A stretch of DNA of 64,000 nt, taken from the NCBI GenBank assembly GCA_902603625.1, contig CACKVM010000001.1, positions 85,647 to 149,646 of the forward strand, read 5' to 3'. The stretch comes from an uncultured Pelagibacteraceae bacterium. Its GTDB lineage: Bacteria; Pseudomonadota; Alphaproteobacteria; Pelagibacterales; Pelagibacteraceae. Both the position numbers and the translations under genes were made by a program. Shown here piece by piece: positions 32,575 to 43,152 of the stretch (position 1 is its first letter; every line of letters begins with the position of its first letter). The notes below the pieces were generated by a model. It saw only the letters and a program-made list of their open reading frames with translations, was not told where the DNA came from and did no database searches.

Positions 32575-33506
32575 TAAAATTTTGAAGCCCTTAATAATCT
32601 ATCATTAATAGTTTTGCCAATTCCTTTATTTGGGATTTTGTCCACAGCTATAGATTTATAATTATCTTTTTTTATTTTTCTTAAAATAGTGTAAAGATTT
32701 TTTACAGCTTCTTTTAAATTACCTTTTTTTGATAAAAAATAATAGTTCGGTTTTTGAATTTTACTTTTTTTGATCAATAAAAAAGCCTCATTTTTTTTTA
32801 TTTTTTTAACATTAAGTCTAATCGGAATTCCAGGTGAATAATGAATTCTTGATTGTCCAGGAGTTGAAATCTTAGAGGGATTTATATTTATTGTAATTTT
32901 TTTTTTCAATATTTTTTGGATACTTCCAACTTCAAGGCCACCTAATCTTAAAATTTTTGGGTTTTTTCTGAGATCAATAATTGTTGACTCAACTCCAACC
33001 GATGATTTTCCTCCCTCAAGAATATACTTAATTTTTTTTCCAAAATCGTCTTTTACATCTGAGGAAGTTACCGCACTTATTCTTGAGGAAATATTTGCAC
33101 TAGGTGCTGCGATAGGGAATTTTAAATGTTTCAACAGTTTTCTTGCTATAGGATGTTTTGGAAATCTAACAGCAAGAGTATTTTTTTTATTTGTTGCAAC
33201 TTTTGAAATTTTTGACGTTTTTTTTTGATTTAAAATAAATGTTATTGGACCAGGACAAAATCTTTTATATAACTTAAGAAAATCATCATTAAAATCACAA
33301 TCATTTTTTAATTTTTTCAAATTATAATAATGAATGATTAAAGGGTTATTCGCTGGTCTTTTTTTTAATCGAAAAATTTTTTTACATGCTGTATCAGAAT
33401 ATGCATTCCCTGCAATTCCATAAACAGTTTCAGTAGGTATAGCAACACACTCTCTTTTATTTATGAGATTCATTGCTTTTTTAATATTTGCAAGATTAAT
33501 TTTCAT
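32574..33506 (-). CDS. sua5: L-threonylcarbamoyladenylate synthase (Sua5 type)
   Basis: PTETVYG, KKRPANNPLI, AAPSAN, PGQ..IHYSP, INDRL.RA. Confidence 0.93.
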   Translation of the reverse strand: MKINLANIKKAMNLINKRECVAIPTETVYGIAGNAYSDTACKKIFRLKKRPANNPLIIHYYNLKKLKNDCDFNDDFLKLYKRFCPGPITFILNQKKTSKISKVATNKKNTLAVRFPKHPIARKLLKHLKFPIAAPSANISSRISAVTSSDVKDDFGKKIKYILEGGKSSVGVESTIIDLRKNPKILRLGGLEVGSIQKILKKKITININPSKISTPGQSRIHYSPGIPIRLNVKKIKKNEAFLLIKKSKIQKPNYYFLSKKGNLKEAVKNLYTILRKIKKDNYKSIAVDKIPNKGIGKTINDRLLRASKF

Positions 33507-33526
33507 GTATTATTTGAGAGTATTAT

Positions 33527-33781
33527 ATGAAAGATAAAAATTTACCAAATAATTATAATTCATTATCTCTTGAGGAATTAACCATTGAGGCAAATAAGAT
33601 GATTGAAGAATTAGAAAATCAAAAGGATTTAGGAAACTCTTTAGACAAATATCAAAATTTAATTAAACTAAACAATATAATTGAGAAAAAATTTCAAATG
33701 AACATTAAAGAAATAAATGAAAAAACAAAAGAAAAGATATCCAAAATTAATCAAAAAAATGATAAAAAGAAAATTAAATAA
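33527..33781 (+). CDS. xseB: Exodeoxyribonuclease VII small subunit-like protein
   Basis: SLEE...IEELEN...L..SLDKY pattern; xseB-ispA-dxs synteny. Confidence 0.65.
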   Translation: MKDKNLPNNYNSLSLEELTIEANKMIEELENQKDLGNSLDKYQNLIKLNNIIEKKFQMNIKEINEKTKEKISKINQKNDKKKIK

Positions 33782-34634
33782 AATTGCTAAAGATACAAAT
33801 TTATTTTTAAAAAGATTTATTTCCAAACAAAAAAAATCAAATTTGATGGTTGCAATGAAATATGGTCTATTTTCTGGAGGAAAAAAAATAAGATCAAAAA
33901 TTTTGATTGATGTTGGATCTTTATTTAATTTGGATTATAAAACACTTATTATTATTGGTGCTTCAGTTGAATGTATTCATTCGTATTCATTAATACATGA
34001 CGATTTACCTTGCATGGATGACGACTCTATAAGAAGAGGCAAACCATCAGCGCATATTAAATTTGGAGAGGCTACCGCAGTTTTGGCTGGAAATTCACTT
34101 TTAACAATGGCTTTTGAAATTTTAAGCCATAAAGACTTAAGAATTAATGAAAAAACTAAAATGGATTTAATAAATAAAATTTCTGAAAGTTCAGGTCATC
34201 TTGGAATAGCAGGGGGACAATATTTAGATTTAAATTATGAACGTAAGAAAATTTCCAAAAAAAAGATTGAAGAGATGGAAATTAAAAAAACTGGAAAACT
34301 TTTTAGTTTTTGTTGTGCTGCACCATTGATTATTAAGAAAAAAAACAAGAGTGATATAAAAAAATTTGAAAATATTGGTGCTGATATAGGTTTGTTGTTT
34401 CAAGTCGCAGATGATTTGATTGATTATAAAGGAAGTTTGCTTGTTGCAGGAAAAAAAACTGGTAAGGATAAAAAAAAAGGAAAAGCAACTCTAATTAGTT
34501 TACTAGGATACAAAAATACTATTAAATATGCTAATATTTTACTTAAAAAAATAAATAATAAATTAAAAAGATATGAACCTAAATCAAAAAGTTTGTCTGA
34601 AACATTAAATTATATTTTGAATAGAAATAAATGA
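33759..34634 (+). CDS. ispA: Farnesyl diphosphate synthase
   Basis: [28 protein letters not shown]. Confidence 0.93.
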   Translation: MIKRKLNKIAKDTNLFLKRFISKQKKSNLMVAMKYGLFSGGKKIRSKILIDVGSLFNLDYKTLIIIGASVECIHSYSLIHDDLPCMDDDSIRRGKPSAHIKFGEATAVLAGNSLLTMAFEILSHKDLRINEKTKMDLINKISESSGHLGIAGGQYLDLNYERKKISKKKIEEMEIKKTGKLFSFCCAAPLIIKKKNKSDIKKFENIGADIGLLFQVADDLIDYKGSLLVAGKKTGKDKKKGKATLISLLGYKNTIKYANILLKKINNKLKRYEPKSKSLSETLNYILNRNK

Positions 34635-36544
34635 TAAAAAAATATGAATTGTTAGATGAGGTTAATTTTCCATCAGATTTAAAAAAAATACCTGAGTCAA
34701 AATTGCAAAAAGTTGCTGACGAATTACGAGAGGAGGTAATTGATGCTGTGTCAGTTACTGGTGGTCATCTTGGAGCAAGTCTTGGTGTTGTAGAATTAAC
34801 TGTTGCTTTACATTATATTTTTAATACACCAAATGATAAACTAATTTGGGATGTTGGTCATCAGAGTTATCCACATAAAATTTTAACTGGCAGAAAAGAA
34901 AGAATTAGAACTTTAAGACAAGGAAATGGCCTCTCTGGTTTTACTAAAAGAGTAGAAAGTGAATACGATCCCTTTGGTGCTGCTCATAGCTCAACATCAA
35001 TTTCATCAGCACTGGGTATAGCAGAGGCAAATAAATTGTCTAATAAATCAGATAATGTTATTGCAGTAATTGGTGATGGCGCAATCAGTGCAGGAATGGC
35101 TTATGAAGCCATGAACAATGCTGGTGCTTCAAAAACTAAGATGATCGTAATTCTAAATGATAATGATATGTCAATTGCTCGACCGGTCGGGGCAATGAGT
35201 ACTTATTTAGCAAAAATTTTTTCAGGAAAGATTTATTTTAGTTTAAGAGAGACTATTAAATTAATTGTGTCAGCCTTTTCAAAAAGATTCAGTGCAAAGG
35301 CAGGTAAAGCAGAAGATTTACTTAGATCAGCTGTTACAGGTGGAACCTTGTTTAGTTCACTCGGATTTTATTATATTGGTCCAATTGACGGTCATGATTT
35401 GAATTCATTAATTCCTATTTTAAAGAATGCTAGAGACTCTAAACACGAGGGACCAATTTTGATACACATTAAAACAAAAAAAGGAAAAGGTTATACATTT
35501 GCTGAAGAGGCACAGGATAATTATCATGGAGTATCAAAATTTAATGTAAAAACTGGCGAACAATTGAAAGGAACGAGTAAATTACCTTCATACACAAAGG
35601 TTTTTGCTGATACCTTAATTCAACATGCTAAAAAAGATAGTAAAATTGTAGCAATCACAGCGGCTATGCCAGATGGGACTGGACTTAATAATTTTCGTAA
35701 AGAATTTCCTGAAAGAACTTTTGATGTTGGGATTGCTGAGCAACACGCTGTTACATTTGCTGCAGGTTTAGCTACCGAAAACTTTAAACCCTATGCAGCT
35801 ATCTATTCTACTTTTCTTCAAAGAGCTTATGATCAAGTAGTTCATGATGTAGCAATTCAAAGTTTACCAGTTAGATTCGCGATTGATAGAGCAGGACTTG
35901 TTGGGGCTGATGGACCAACACATGCTGGAAGTTTTGATACAACATATTTAACCACTTTACCAAATTTCATTGTCATGGCAGCAAGTGATGAAGCTGAACT
36001 TGTAAGAATGATAAATACCTCAACTGAGATTAACGATAGACCTTGTGCATTTAGGTATCCAAGAGGAACAGGATTAGGTTCAACTCTGCCCTCAATAAAC
36101 GAAAAAATTGAGATAGGTAAATCAAAAATTATCAAAGAAGGAAAAAAATTAGCGATCCTAAATTTTGGAGCAAGATTGAGCGAGACCTTGAAGGCTGCAG
36201 AAAATTTATCAAAAAAAGGTGTGCCAATAACAGTTGTTGATGCCAGATTTGCAAAACCTCTAGATGAAAATCTCATTTGGCAATTAGCTACAACTCATGA
36301 GGCAATCATGACAATTGAAGAGGGTTCAATTGGTGGTTTTGGATCTCACGTGGTAAATTTTTTGACAAAAAAAGGTTTAATGGACTCTAATTTAAAATTT
36401 AGATCGTTAACATTACCAGATATTTTTATTGATCAAGATACTCCAGATAAAATGTATAAAGTTGCAAATCTTGACTCAGTTTCAATTGAGGAAAAAGTTT
36501 TAGATTTACTAAATTCTAATATAGTTTTGAAAAAACAGAATTAA
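34631..36544 (+). CDS. dxs: 1-deoxy-D-xylulose-5-phosphate synthase
   Basis: [32 protein letters not shown]. Confidence 0.97.
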   Translation: MIKKYELLDEVNFPSDLKKIPESKLQKVADELREEVIDAVSVTGGHLGASLGVVELTVALHYIFNTPNDKLIWDVGHQSYPHKILTGRKERIRTLRQGNGLSGFTKRVESEYDPFGAAHSSTSISSALGIAEANKLSNKSDNVIAVIGDGAISAGMAYEAMNNAGASKTKMIVILNDNDMSIARPVGAMSTYLAKIFSGKIYFSLRETIKLIVSAFSKRFSAKAGKAEDLLRSAVTGGTLFSSLGFYYIGPIDGHDLNSLIPILKNARDSKHEGPILIHIKTKKGKGYTFAEEAQDNYHGVSKFNVKTGEQLKGTSKLPSYTKVFADTLIQHAKKDSKIVAITAAMPDGTGLNNFRKEFPERTFDVGIAEQHAVTFAAGLATENFKPYAAIYSTFLQRAYDQVVHDVAIQSLPVRFAIDRAGLVGADGPTHAGSFDTTYLTTLPNFIVMAASDEAELVRMINTSTEINDRPCAFRYPRGTGLGSTLPSINEKIEIGKSKIIKEGKKLAILNFGARLSETLKAAENLSKKGVPITVVDARFAKPLDENLIWQLATTHEAIMTIEEGSIGGFGSHVVNFLTKKGLMDSNLKFRSLTLPDIFIDQDTPDKMYKVANLDSVSIEEKVLDLLNSNIVLKKQN

Positions 36545-37623
36545 CTACACTGAGCTTTGTGAAGAAGATAATGATCTAATAAAACACAAGATAACATTGC
36601 TTCACCCACAGGTACTGCTCTAATACCAACACAGGGATCATGCCTACCTTTTACTGATATACTTGTATTCTTGCCAAATTTATTGATTGTTTTTCTACTT
36701 TTTAAAATTGAAGAAGTTGGCTTTACAGCAAAAGAAACAATTATTTCTTGACCTGAAGAAATCCCCCCTAGAATCCCTCCAGCGTTATTAGATTTAAATT
36801 TTGTTTTTTTTCTATTTTGAGAAATTTCATCTGAATTTTCCTCACCTGATAATTGTGCTGAGTTTATACCTGAGCCAATATTAACTCCTTTTACAGCATT
36901 TATACTCATCATAGCTGATGCTATGTCAGAGTCTAATTTTGAGTATATGGGTGCTCCTAATCCAGCGGGGATACCGTTTGCTCTTACTTCGATTATCGCT
37001 CCACATGAAGATCCAGCTTTTCTAACACTTAATAAGTATTTTTCCCAAATTTTTAACATTGATTTATCTGGACAAAAAAATGGATTTTTAGAAATTATTT
37101 TATCATCCCATTTATTGGTATCACATCCTAATATTCCAAGTTGGGTTACAGCTCCAGTGATTTTAAATTTTTTCCCTAATTTATTTTCTAAAACTTTTTT
37201 TGCCACAGCACCCGCCGCAACTCTTGCAGCTGTTTCTCTTGCAGATGATCTACCTCCACCTCTGTAATCTCTTATTCCATACTTTTTAAAATATGTGAAA
37301 TCAGCATGTCCTGGTCTAAATTTATCTTTAATATCATTATAATCCTTTGAACGCATATCTTCATTGTAAATTATCAATGATATTGGTGTCCCAGTCGTTT
37401 TTCCCTCAAAAACTCCTGAAAGAATTTGAACCTTGTCACTTTCCTTTCTTTGAGTAGTAAACTTTGATTGCCCGGGTTTTCGTTTGTTTAATTCTTCTTG
37501 AATATCGGCTTCTTTTATTGGTATTAATGGTGGACACCCATCTATAATACACCCTATAGCTGGACCATGGGATTCTCCCCAAGTTGTAAAACGAAAAGAC
37601 TTTCCAAAAGTATTAAATGACAT
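36541..37623 (-). CDS. aroC: Chorismate synthase
   Basis: [27 protein letters not shown]. Confidence 0.97.
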   Translation of the reverse strand: MSFNTFGKSFRFTTWGESHGPAIGCIIDGCPPLIPIKEADIQEELNKRKPGQSKFTTQRKESDKVQILSGVFEGKTTGTPISLIIYNEDMRSKDYNDIKDKFRPGHADFTYFKKYGIRDYRGGGRSSARETAARVAAGAVAKKVLENKLGKKFKITGAVTQLGILGCDTNKWDDKIISKNPFFCPDKSMLKIWEKYLLSVRKAGSSCGAIIEVRANGIPAGLGAPIYSKLDSDIASAMMSINAVKGVNIGSGINSAQLSGEENSDEISQNRKKTKFKSNNAGGILGGISSGQEIIVSFAVKPTSSILKSRKTINKFGKNTSISVKGRHDPCVGIRAVPVGEAMLSCVLLDHYLLHKAQCS

Positions 37624-37656
37624 TATTTATATTGTATAGATTATTTTGTTTAAATT

Positions 37657-38283
37657 ATGAATCAAAAAAACTCACTTGGGCTTAATAAATGCTTCTTAGA
37701 TCTAGATAATCCATTTGAACTATTTCAAAGATGGTTTGAGGAGGCTAAAAAAAAAGAAATTAATGATCCTAATGCTTTAGCACTTGGTACCGCAAATAAA
37801 AAGGGTATTCCTTCAGTAAGAATGGTTCTGCTCAAAGGTCACAGTGAAAATGGATTTGTTTTTTATACAAATTTAAACAGTCAGAAAGGAAATGAAATTA
37901 AAGAAAACCCAAATGCCACAATGTGCTTTCATTGGAAAAGTCTATTAAGACAGATAAGGATAGTTGGAACATTGAAACAAGTAGATGATCAAACTGCTGA
38001 TGAGTACTATTACTCTAGAGCATATGATAGCAGAATAGGTGCTTGGGCCTCAAAACAAAGTAGTATTCTCCAAAATAGAGATGAACTTTTAGATGCTTTA
38101 GAGAATTATAAAAAAAAATATAATGACAAAGACAATGTACCAAGACCAAGCCACTGGTCTGGCTGGAATTTAACACCTTCCACAATTGAATTTTGGTTAG
38201 ATGGAGATAATAGAATACATGAAAGATTAAAGTACTCTATAGATAAAAATGGTAGTTGGATAAAAAGTCTTCTAAGTCCTTAA
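37657..38283 (+). CDS. pdxH: Pyridoxamine 5'-phosphate oxidase
   Basis: RMVLLK, FYTN..SQKG, SRIGAWASKQS, EFW...RIHER. Confidence 0.95.
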   Translation: MNQKNSLGLNKCFLDLDNPFELFQRWFEEAKKKEINDPNALALGTANKKGIPSVRMVLLKGHSENGFVFYTNLNSQKGNEIKENPNATMCFHWKSLLRQIRIVGTLKQVDDQTADEYYYSRAYDSRIGAWASKQSSILQNRDELLDALENYKKKYNDKDNVPRPSHWSGWNLTPSTIEFWLDGDNRIHERLKYSIDKNGSWIKSLLSP

Positions 38284-39293
38284 AAATCTCTAGACAAACT
38301 AAATGAAGTTAAATTTTCAAAAATATTTTTTTCATTACAATCTTTAAATATTGATAACGAGTTTGATGCTAGATTTATATAATGACTTGCCTTTTGATAA
38401 CACTCTTTAATAATTTCATATTGTTTGATTAAAGATAATGTATGATTAAAATCACTTTCATCTCTTTTGTCTTTTAAAAAAATACCTTTAAGACTCTCCT
38501 TTTCATTAAGATTTGCTTTTTGAAATAATAAGATTATTGGCAGAGTAATCTTCCCCTCATAAAAATCTTTGCCAATTTTTTTTCCAAATAATTTTGACTC
38601 AGAATTGTAATCTAAAGTATCATCAGCTATTTGAAAAGTTAATCCCAAATTCCTTCCGTAAAATTCTAAAGCCTCTTTTTCTTTTGATGACACATCTGAC
38701 AAAATTGCACCAACTTTGGTAGCTGCTGCAAATAATTCAGCAGTTTTCGCAGAAATTATTCTTAAGTAAGTTTCCTCCAACATATCTACTTCACCTCTGT
38801 GCTGTAATTGAAGAACTTCTCCTTGAGCAATCTTAGAGGAAGTTGAGGATAGTAATTTTAAAACTTCAATATTTCCATCATCTACCATCATTTCAAAACA
38901 TCTGCTAAGTAAATAATCTCCAACTAAAACAGAGGAATGATTATCCCATAATTTGTTTAAAGTTTCTTTTCCCCTTCTAATAGATCCATTATCTATTACA
39001 TCATCATGCATTAAAGTTGCTGAGTGAATAAGTTCTACACAAGCAGCTAAATTTATATCCCTAGTTCCTTTTGAATATCCACATAATTTTGCAGAACCTA
39101 AAGTTAGTAAGGCTCTTAATCTCTTTCCACCTGTATCAAGGTGATAGTTTGTCATTTTCTGAACTAAGTCTACGTTACTCTCTAATTTAGACTTTATTTT
39201 TTCTTCAACTAATATCAATCTATCTTCAACTGAATTTTTTAGTTGAAAATATGAATTATTAATTTTGTTTTTTAATTGTATGACACTTCCCAT
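38280..39293 (-). CDS. ispB: Long-chain polyprenyl diphosphate synthase
   Basis: GGKRLR, LMHDDVID...RRG, FQIADD. Confidence 0.92.
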   Translation of the reverse strand: MGSVIQLKNKINNSYFQLKNSVEDRLILVEEKIKSKLESNVDLVQKMTNYHLDTGGKRLRALLTLGSAKLCGYSKGTRDINLAACVELIHSATLMHDDVIDNGSIRRGKETLNKLWDNHSSVLVGDYLLSRCFEMMVDDGNIEVLKLLSSTSSKIAQGEVLQLQHRGEVDMLEETYLRIISAKTAELFAAATKVGAILSDVSSKEKEALEFYGRNLGLTFQIADDTLDYNSESKLFGKKIGKDFYEGKITLPIILLFQKANLNEKESLKGIFLKDKRDESDFNHTLSLIKQYEIIKECYQKASHYINLASNSLSIFKDCNEKNIFENLTSFSLSRDF

Positions 39294-39338
39294 TATTTAA
39301 GCAAATTAGTATAATAGGTTGCTTTTTATACTTATCAA

Positions 39339-39366
39339 TTGACGCACCTAAATCTTCAATTATAAG
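39339..39366 (+). promoter_or_regulatory. Candidate sigma70 promoter for the S49 peptidase-glyQS-ppdK operon
   Basis: TTGACG-N16-TATAAG upstream of 39407. Confidence 0.4.
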
Positions 39367-39406
39367 GTGTCTTTATATTAATAAAAAAATTCTATAAATA
39401 TTAAAA

Positions 39407-40213
39407 ATGCTCTCTTTTTTTAAAAAGAAAAAAATTATTCCACACATTAAGCTTAGTGGTGTAATTGGAAATGTTGGTAAATTTAAACAAGGCATAGATT
39501 TTTCTGGTCAAGAAGAGATTATTTCAAAAGCTTTTTCAGTTAAAAAAGCACCATGTGTCGCTATTACAATAAATTCTCCTGGAGGTTCTCCCGTCCAATC
39601 ACATTTAATTTATAGCCTAATTAGACAACAGGCAAAAAAAAATAAAAAAAAAGTAATAGTTTTTGCAGAAGATGTAGCAGCCTCAGGTGGATATCTAATA
39701 GCGTGTGCTGGAGATGAAATTTATGCAAACTCAAGTTCAATAATTGGCTCGATAGGAGTAATCTATTCTTCTTTTGGTTTTACAGAATTGATAAAAAAGA
39801 TAGGTGTTGAGAGAAGAGTGCATACTGCTGGGAAAAATAAAAGTACATTAGACCCATTTCTAGATGAAAAAAAAGAAGACATCGAAAGATTGAAAAATAT
39901 TCAATTAGATTTACATAAAGATTTCATAGAGGTAGTTGAAAAAAGCAGATCATCAAAACTTAAAAAATCTGAGGTAGAATTATTTTCAGGTGAATTTTGG
40001 TCAGGTAGAAAAGCTAAAGATCTTGGTTTGATAGATGAGATAGGAAATGCAAACCAGGTATTAAGAGAAAAATTTGGAGAGGATGTAGTCATTAAAAAAT
40101 TTGAAAAATCAAAAAGTTGGCTTAGTAAAAAATTATCATCTTCTAATGATCATGTCGATCAATTAACAAATATATTAGAGGAAAAATCAGTTTGGCAGAA
40201 ATATGGCCTCTAA
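39407..40213 (+). CDS. S49 family peptidase (SppA-like)
   Basis: [19 protein letters not shown]. Confidence 0.9.
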   Translation: MLSFFKKKKIIPHIKLSGVIGNVGKFKQGIDFSGQEEIISKAFSVKKAPCVAITINSPGGSPVQSHLIYSLIRQQAKKNKKKVIVFAEDVAASGGYLIACAGDEIYANSSSIIGSIGVIYSSFGFTELIKKIGVERRVHTAGKNKSTLDPFLDEKKEDIERLKNIQLDLHKDFIEVVEKSRSSKLKKSEVELFSGEFWSGRKAKDLGLIDEIGNANQVLREKFGEDVVIKKFEKSKSWLSKKLSSSNDHVDQLTNILEEKSVWQKYGL

Positions 40214-41084
40214 AAAAAATATAAAAAAACCTAAATTTCAAACTTTCCAAAATACAATTATTAATCTACAAAAGTTTTGGAGTAAAAATGGATGTGTAAT
40301 TTTACAACCTTATGATATGGAGGTTGGAGCCGGAACATTTCACCCAGCTACTACTTTAAGATCACTCGGGCCTAAGCCATGGAAAGCAGCATATGTTCAA
40401 CCTTCACGTAGACCTACAGATGGAAGGTATGGAGATAATCCCAATAGACTTCAACATTATTATCAATTTCAAGTTATAATAAAACCCTCTCCATTAAATA
40501 TTAAAAAACTCTTTTTAAATAGTTTGTCGGTAATAGGAATAAATCATAAAGACCACGATATTAGATTTGTTGAAGATGATTGGGAAAGCCCAACTCTAGG
40601 AGCCGCAGGTCTTGGATGGGAAGTATGGTGTGATGGAATGGAGATATCTCAATTTACATATTTTCAACAAATGGCAGGTTTCGAATGTAAACCAGTGTCA
40701 GTCGAGATAACCTATGGCCTCGAAAGAATTTGTATGTTTACCCAGCAGAAAAAAAACGTTTATGATTTAGTTTGGAATGATGAAGGTATTGATTATAGGG
40801 AAGTTTATCATCAATCAGAAAAAGAATTTTCAGCTTATAACTTTGAGCATGCTAATACAGAAAACCTATTTAAAGTATTTGATATGCATGAGAGTGAAGC
40901 AAAATCATTAGTTGAAAAAAATATATCTTTACCTGCATACGATCAATGTTTGAAAGCTAGTCATATATTTAACGTATTAGATGCCCGTGGAGCAATTAGT
41001 GTTGCGCAAAGAGCAGAATATATCGGTCGAATAAGAGAAATCACAAAACAAGCTGCTACACTTTGGGTACAGTCGCAAACATAG
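40203..41084 (+). CDS. glyQ: Glycine-tRNA ligase alpha subunit
   Basis: [32 protein letters not shown]. Confidence 0.97.
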   Translation: MASKKNIKKPKFQTFQNTIINLQKFWSKNGCVILQPYDMEVGAGTFHPATTLRSLGPKPWKAAYVQPSRRPTDGRYGDNPNRLQHYYQFQVIIKPSPLNIKKLFLNSLSVIGINHKDHDIRFVEDDWESPTLGAAGLGWEVWCDGMEISQFTYFQQMAGFECKPVSVEITYGLERICMFTQQKKNVYDLVWNDEGIDYREVYHQSEKEFSAYNFEHANTENLFKVFDMHESEAKSLVEKNISLPAYDQCLKASHIFNVLDARGAISVAQRAEYIGRIREITKQAATLWVQSQT

Positions 41085-41085
41085 A

Positions 41086-43152
41086 ATGTCAGAATTTTTT
41101 TTAGAGCTATTTAGTGAGGAAATTCCTGCTGGGCTTCAAAAAAATTTAAGAGAAAAAATTTTCGAAGATTTTAAAAATTTATTTGAGGAAAAATCAATAA
41201 GATCAAAAAAAAATTTTTCTTTTTCAACTCCAAATAGGCTAGTTCTAGTTTTTGAAGGACTAGATAAACAAATTAAAATTAAATCTAAAGAGATTAGAGG
41301 CCCTAAAACTAGCGCTCCTGAACAAGCGTTGGAGGGTTTTTTGAGATCAAATAAAATCCAAAAAAAAGATTTATTTAAAAAAAAAACCGAAAAGGATGAA
41401 TTTTATTTTTACAAAACTGCAGCAACCTCATTAAAAACACATGATTTACTCACTGAATTCATTCCAAAAATTTTGAGTAACCATCAATGGAAAAAATCAA
41501 TGAAATGGGGTGAATTTGATCTAAATTGGGGAAGACCATTAAAATCAATTTTATCAATATTTGATAAAAAAATTTTAAGTTTTAAATTTCATCATTTAGT
41601 CTCATCTAACCAGACTTTTTTAGATAAAGATTTTGAGGAAAAAAAAAGATCTTTTGAAAATTTTAAGAAATATGAAAAATTTTTTGAAGATAATGGAGTT
41701 ATCGTTAATCAAAATAAAAGATTAAAAATAATCAATAAATTTTTTTTAAAGATATTAGGGAAAAAGGGGTTAAAAATAAATGAAAATCCTAAATTAATGG
41801 ATGAGGTTGTAAATTTAGTAGATAGCCCAAATGTTTTATTGTGCAAGTTTGATAAAAAATTTTTATCAGTTCCTAAAGAGATTTTGACCCTAACAATGGA
41901 GTCTCACCAAAAATATTTTCCAACATTTAATGATAAAAATGAAATTACAAATGAGTTTTTAATTGTAACAAATAAAAAAGATAATAAAGGATTTATTAAA
42001 ATAGGTAATGAAAGGGTAGTTGATGCAAGATTAAGTGATGCAGAATTTTTTTGGAATAAAGATAAAACTCAAAATTTAGTAAAAAAGGTGTCAGAATTAA
42101 AATCAATGAATTTTTTTAAAGGGCTTGGATCTTATTTTGACAAAGTTCAAAGAATGAGAAAACTAGGAGGAATGATTTCAGATAATTTGATGATCAGTAA
42201 AGAAAAAGTTGAATTATCAGCATCTGTTTGTAAAGTTGATTTAATTTCAGAATTGGTTGGGGAATTCCCAGAACTTCAGGGTATTATGGGGTCATATTTT
42301 GCTGAAGTTCAAGGTTTTGATAAAAATATTTCTCTTGCAATTAAGGAACATTATTTGCCAATAAGTTCAAATTCAAAAATTCCAAAAAAACCATATAGTA
42401 TAGCATTGTCCTTGGTTGATAAAATAGACACGCTAGTAGGTTTTTTTGGTATAAATAATAAACCTACCAGTTCAAAAGATCCATACGCATTAAAAAGATT
42501 AGCATTAGGAATAATTAGAATAATAGTTGAGAATAAGAAAAACTTTAAAGTGAAAGATTTAATTAATTATTCTTCAAGTTTATACTTAGATCAGAACTTA
42601 AAATTAGAAAATAATTTTCTACAAAAAGAATTGATAGATTTTTTAACTGATAGACTAAGGTTTTATATGAAGGAAGAAAATATCAGAAATGATATCATTA
42701 TAGCTTCAACTTATTCTTTTAATATTAATCAAACTACTGAAATTTTTGGAAAAGCAAAGAGTTTAAATAGAGTTATTAATAAACCTACTGGTATTGATCT
42801 TATCGCGAGTTATAAACGAGCATTTAATATTTTAAATAGCGAAATTAAAGGTAAAAATTTTGAATTATCAAATACACCCGATCCAGGAATTTTTAAAACA
42901 GAATTTGAAAAAAATTTATATAAGAAGATTAATGAACTTAAAAAATATTTTCTAAATGTTGATAGCTATGAAAACTTTGATGATACATTGAATTATTTAG
43001 CTGAAACAAAAAAGATTATTTTTGATTTTTTTGATAATGTAATAGTAAATGAAAAAGATCTTGTAATAAAAAAAAATCGTTTGGAATTAATTCAAATGAT
43101 ATGTAAAACTTTTGATAATTATATGAATTTTTCTTTAATAGATAACAACTAA
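41086..43152 (+). CDS. glyS: Glycine-tRNA ligase beta subunit
   Basis: ELFSEEIP, TPNRL, EFPELQGIMG, SSKDPYALKR. Confidence 0.96.
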   Translation: MSEFFLELFSEEIPAGLQKNLREKIFEDFKNLFEEKSIRSKKNFSFSTPNRLVLVFEGLDKQIKIKSKEIRGPKTSAPEQALEGFLRSNKIQKKDLFKKKTEKDEFYFYKTAATSLKTHDLLTEFIPKILSNHQWKKSMKWGEFDLNWGRPLKSILSIFDKKILSFKFHHLVSSNQTFLDKDFEEKKRSFENFKKYEKFFEDNGVIVNQNKRLKIINKFFLKILGKKGLKINENPKLMDEVVNLVDSPNVLLCKFDKKFLSVPKEILTLTMESHQKYFPTFNDKNEITNEFLIVTNKKDNKGFIKIGNERVVDARLSDAEFFWNKDKTQNLVKKVSELKSMNFFKGLGSYFDKVQRMRKLGGMISDNLMISKEKVELSASVCKVDLISELVGEFPELQGIMGSYFAEVQGFDKNISLAIKEHYLPISSNSKIPKKPYSIALSLVDKIDTLVGFFGINNKPTSSKDPYALKRLALGIIRIIVENKKNFKVKDLINYSSSLYLDQNLKLENNFLQKELIDFLTDRLRFYMKEENIRNDIIIASTYSFNINQTTEIFGKAKSLNRVINKPTGIDLIASYKRAFNILNSEIKGKNFELSNTPDPGIFKTEFEKNLYKKINELKKYFLNVDSYENFDDTLNYLAETKKIIFDFFDNVIVNEKDLVIKKNRLELIQMICKTFDNYMNFSLIDNN

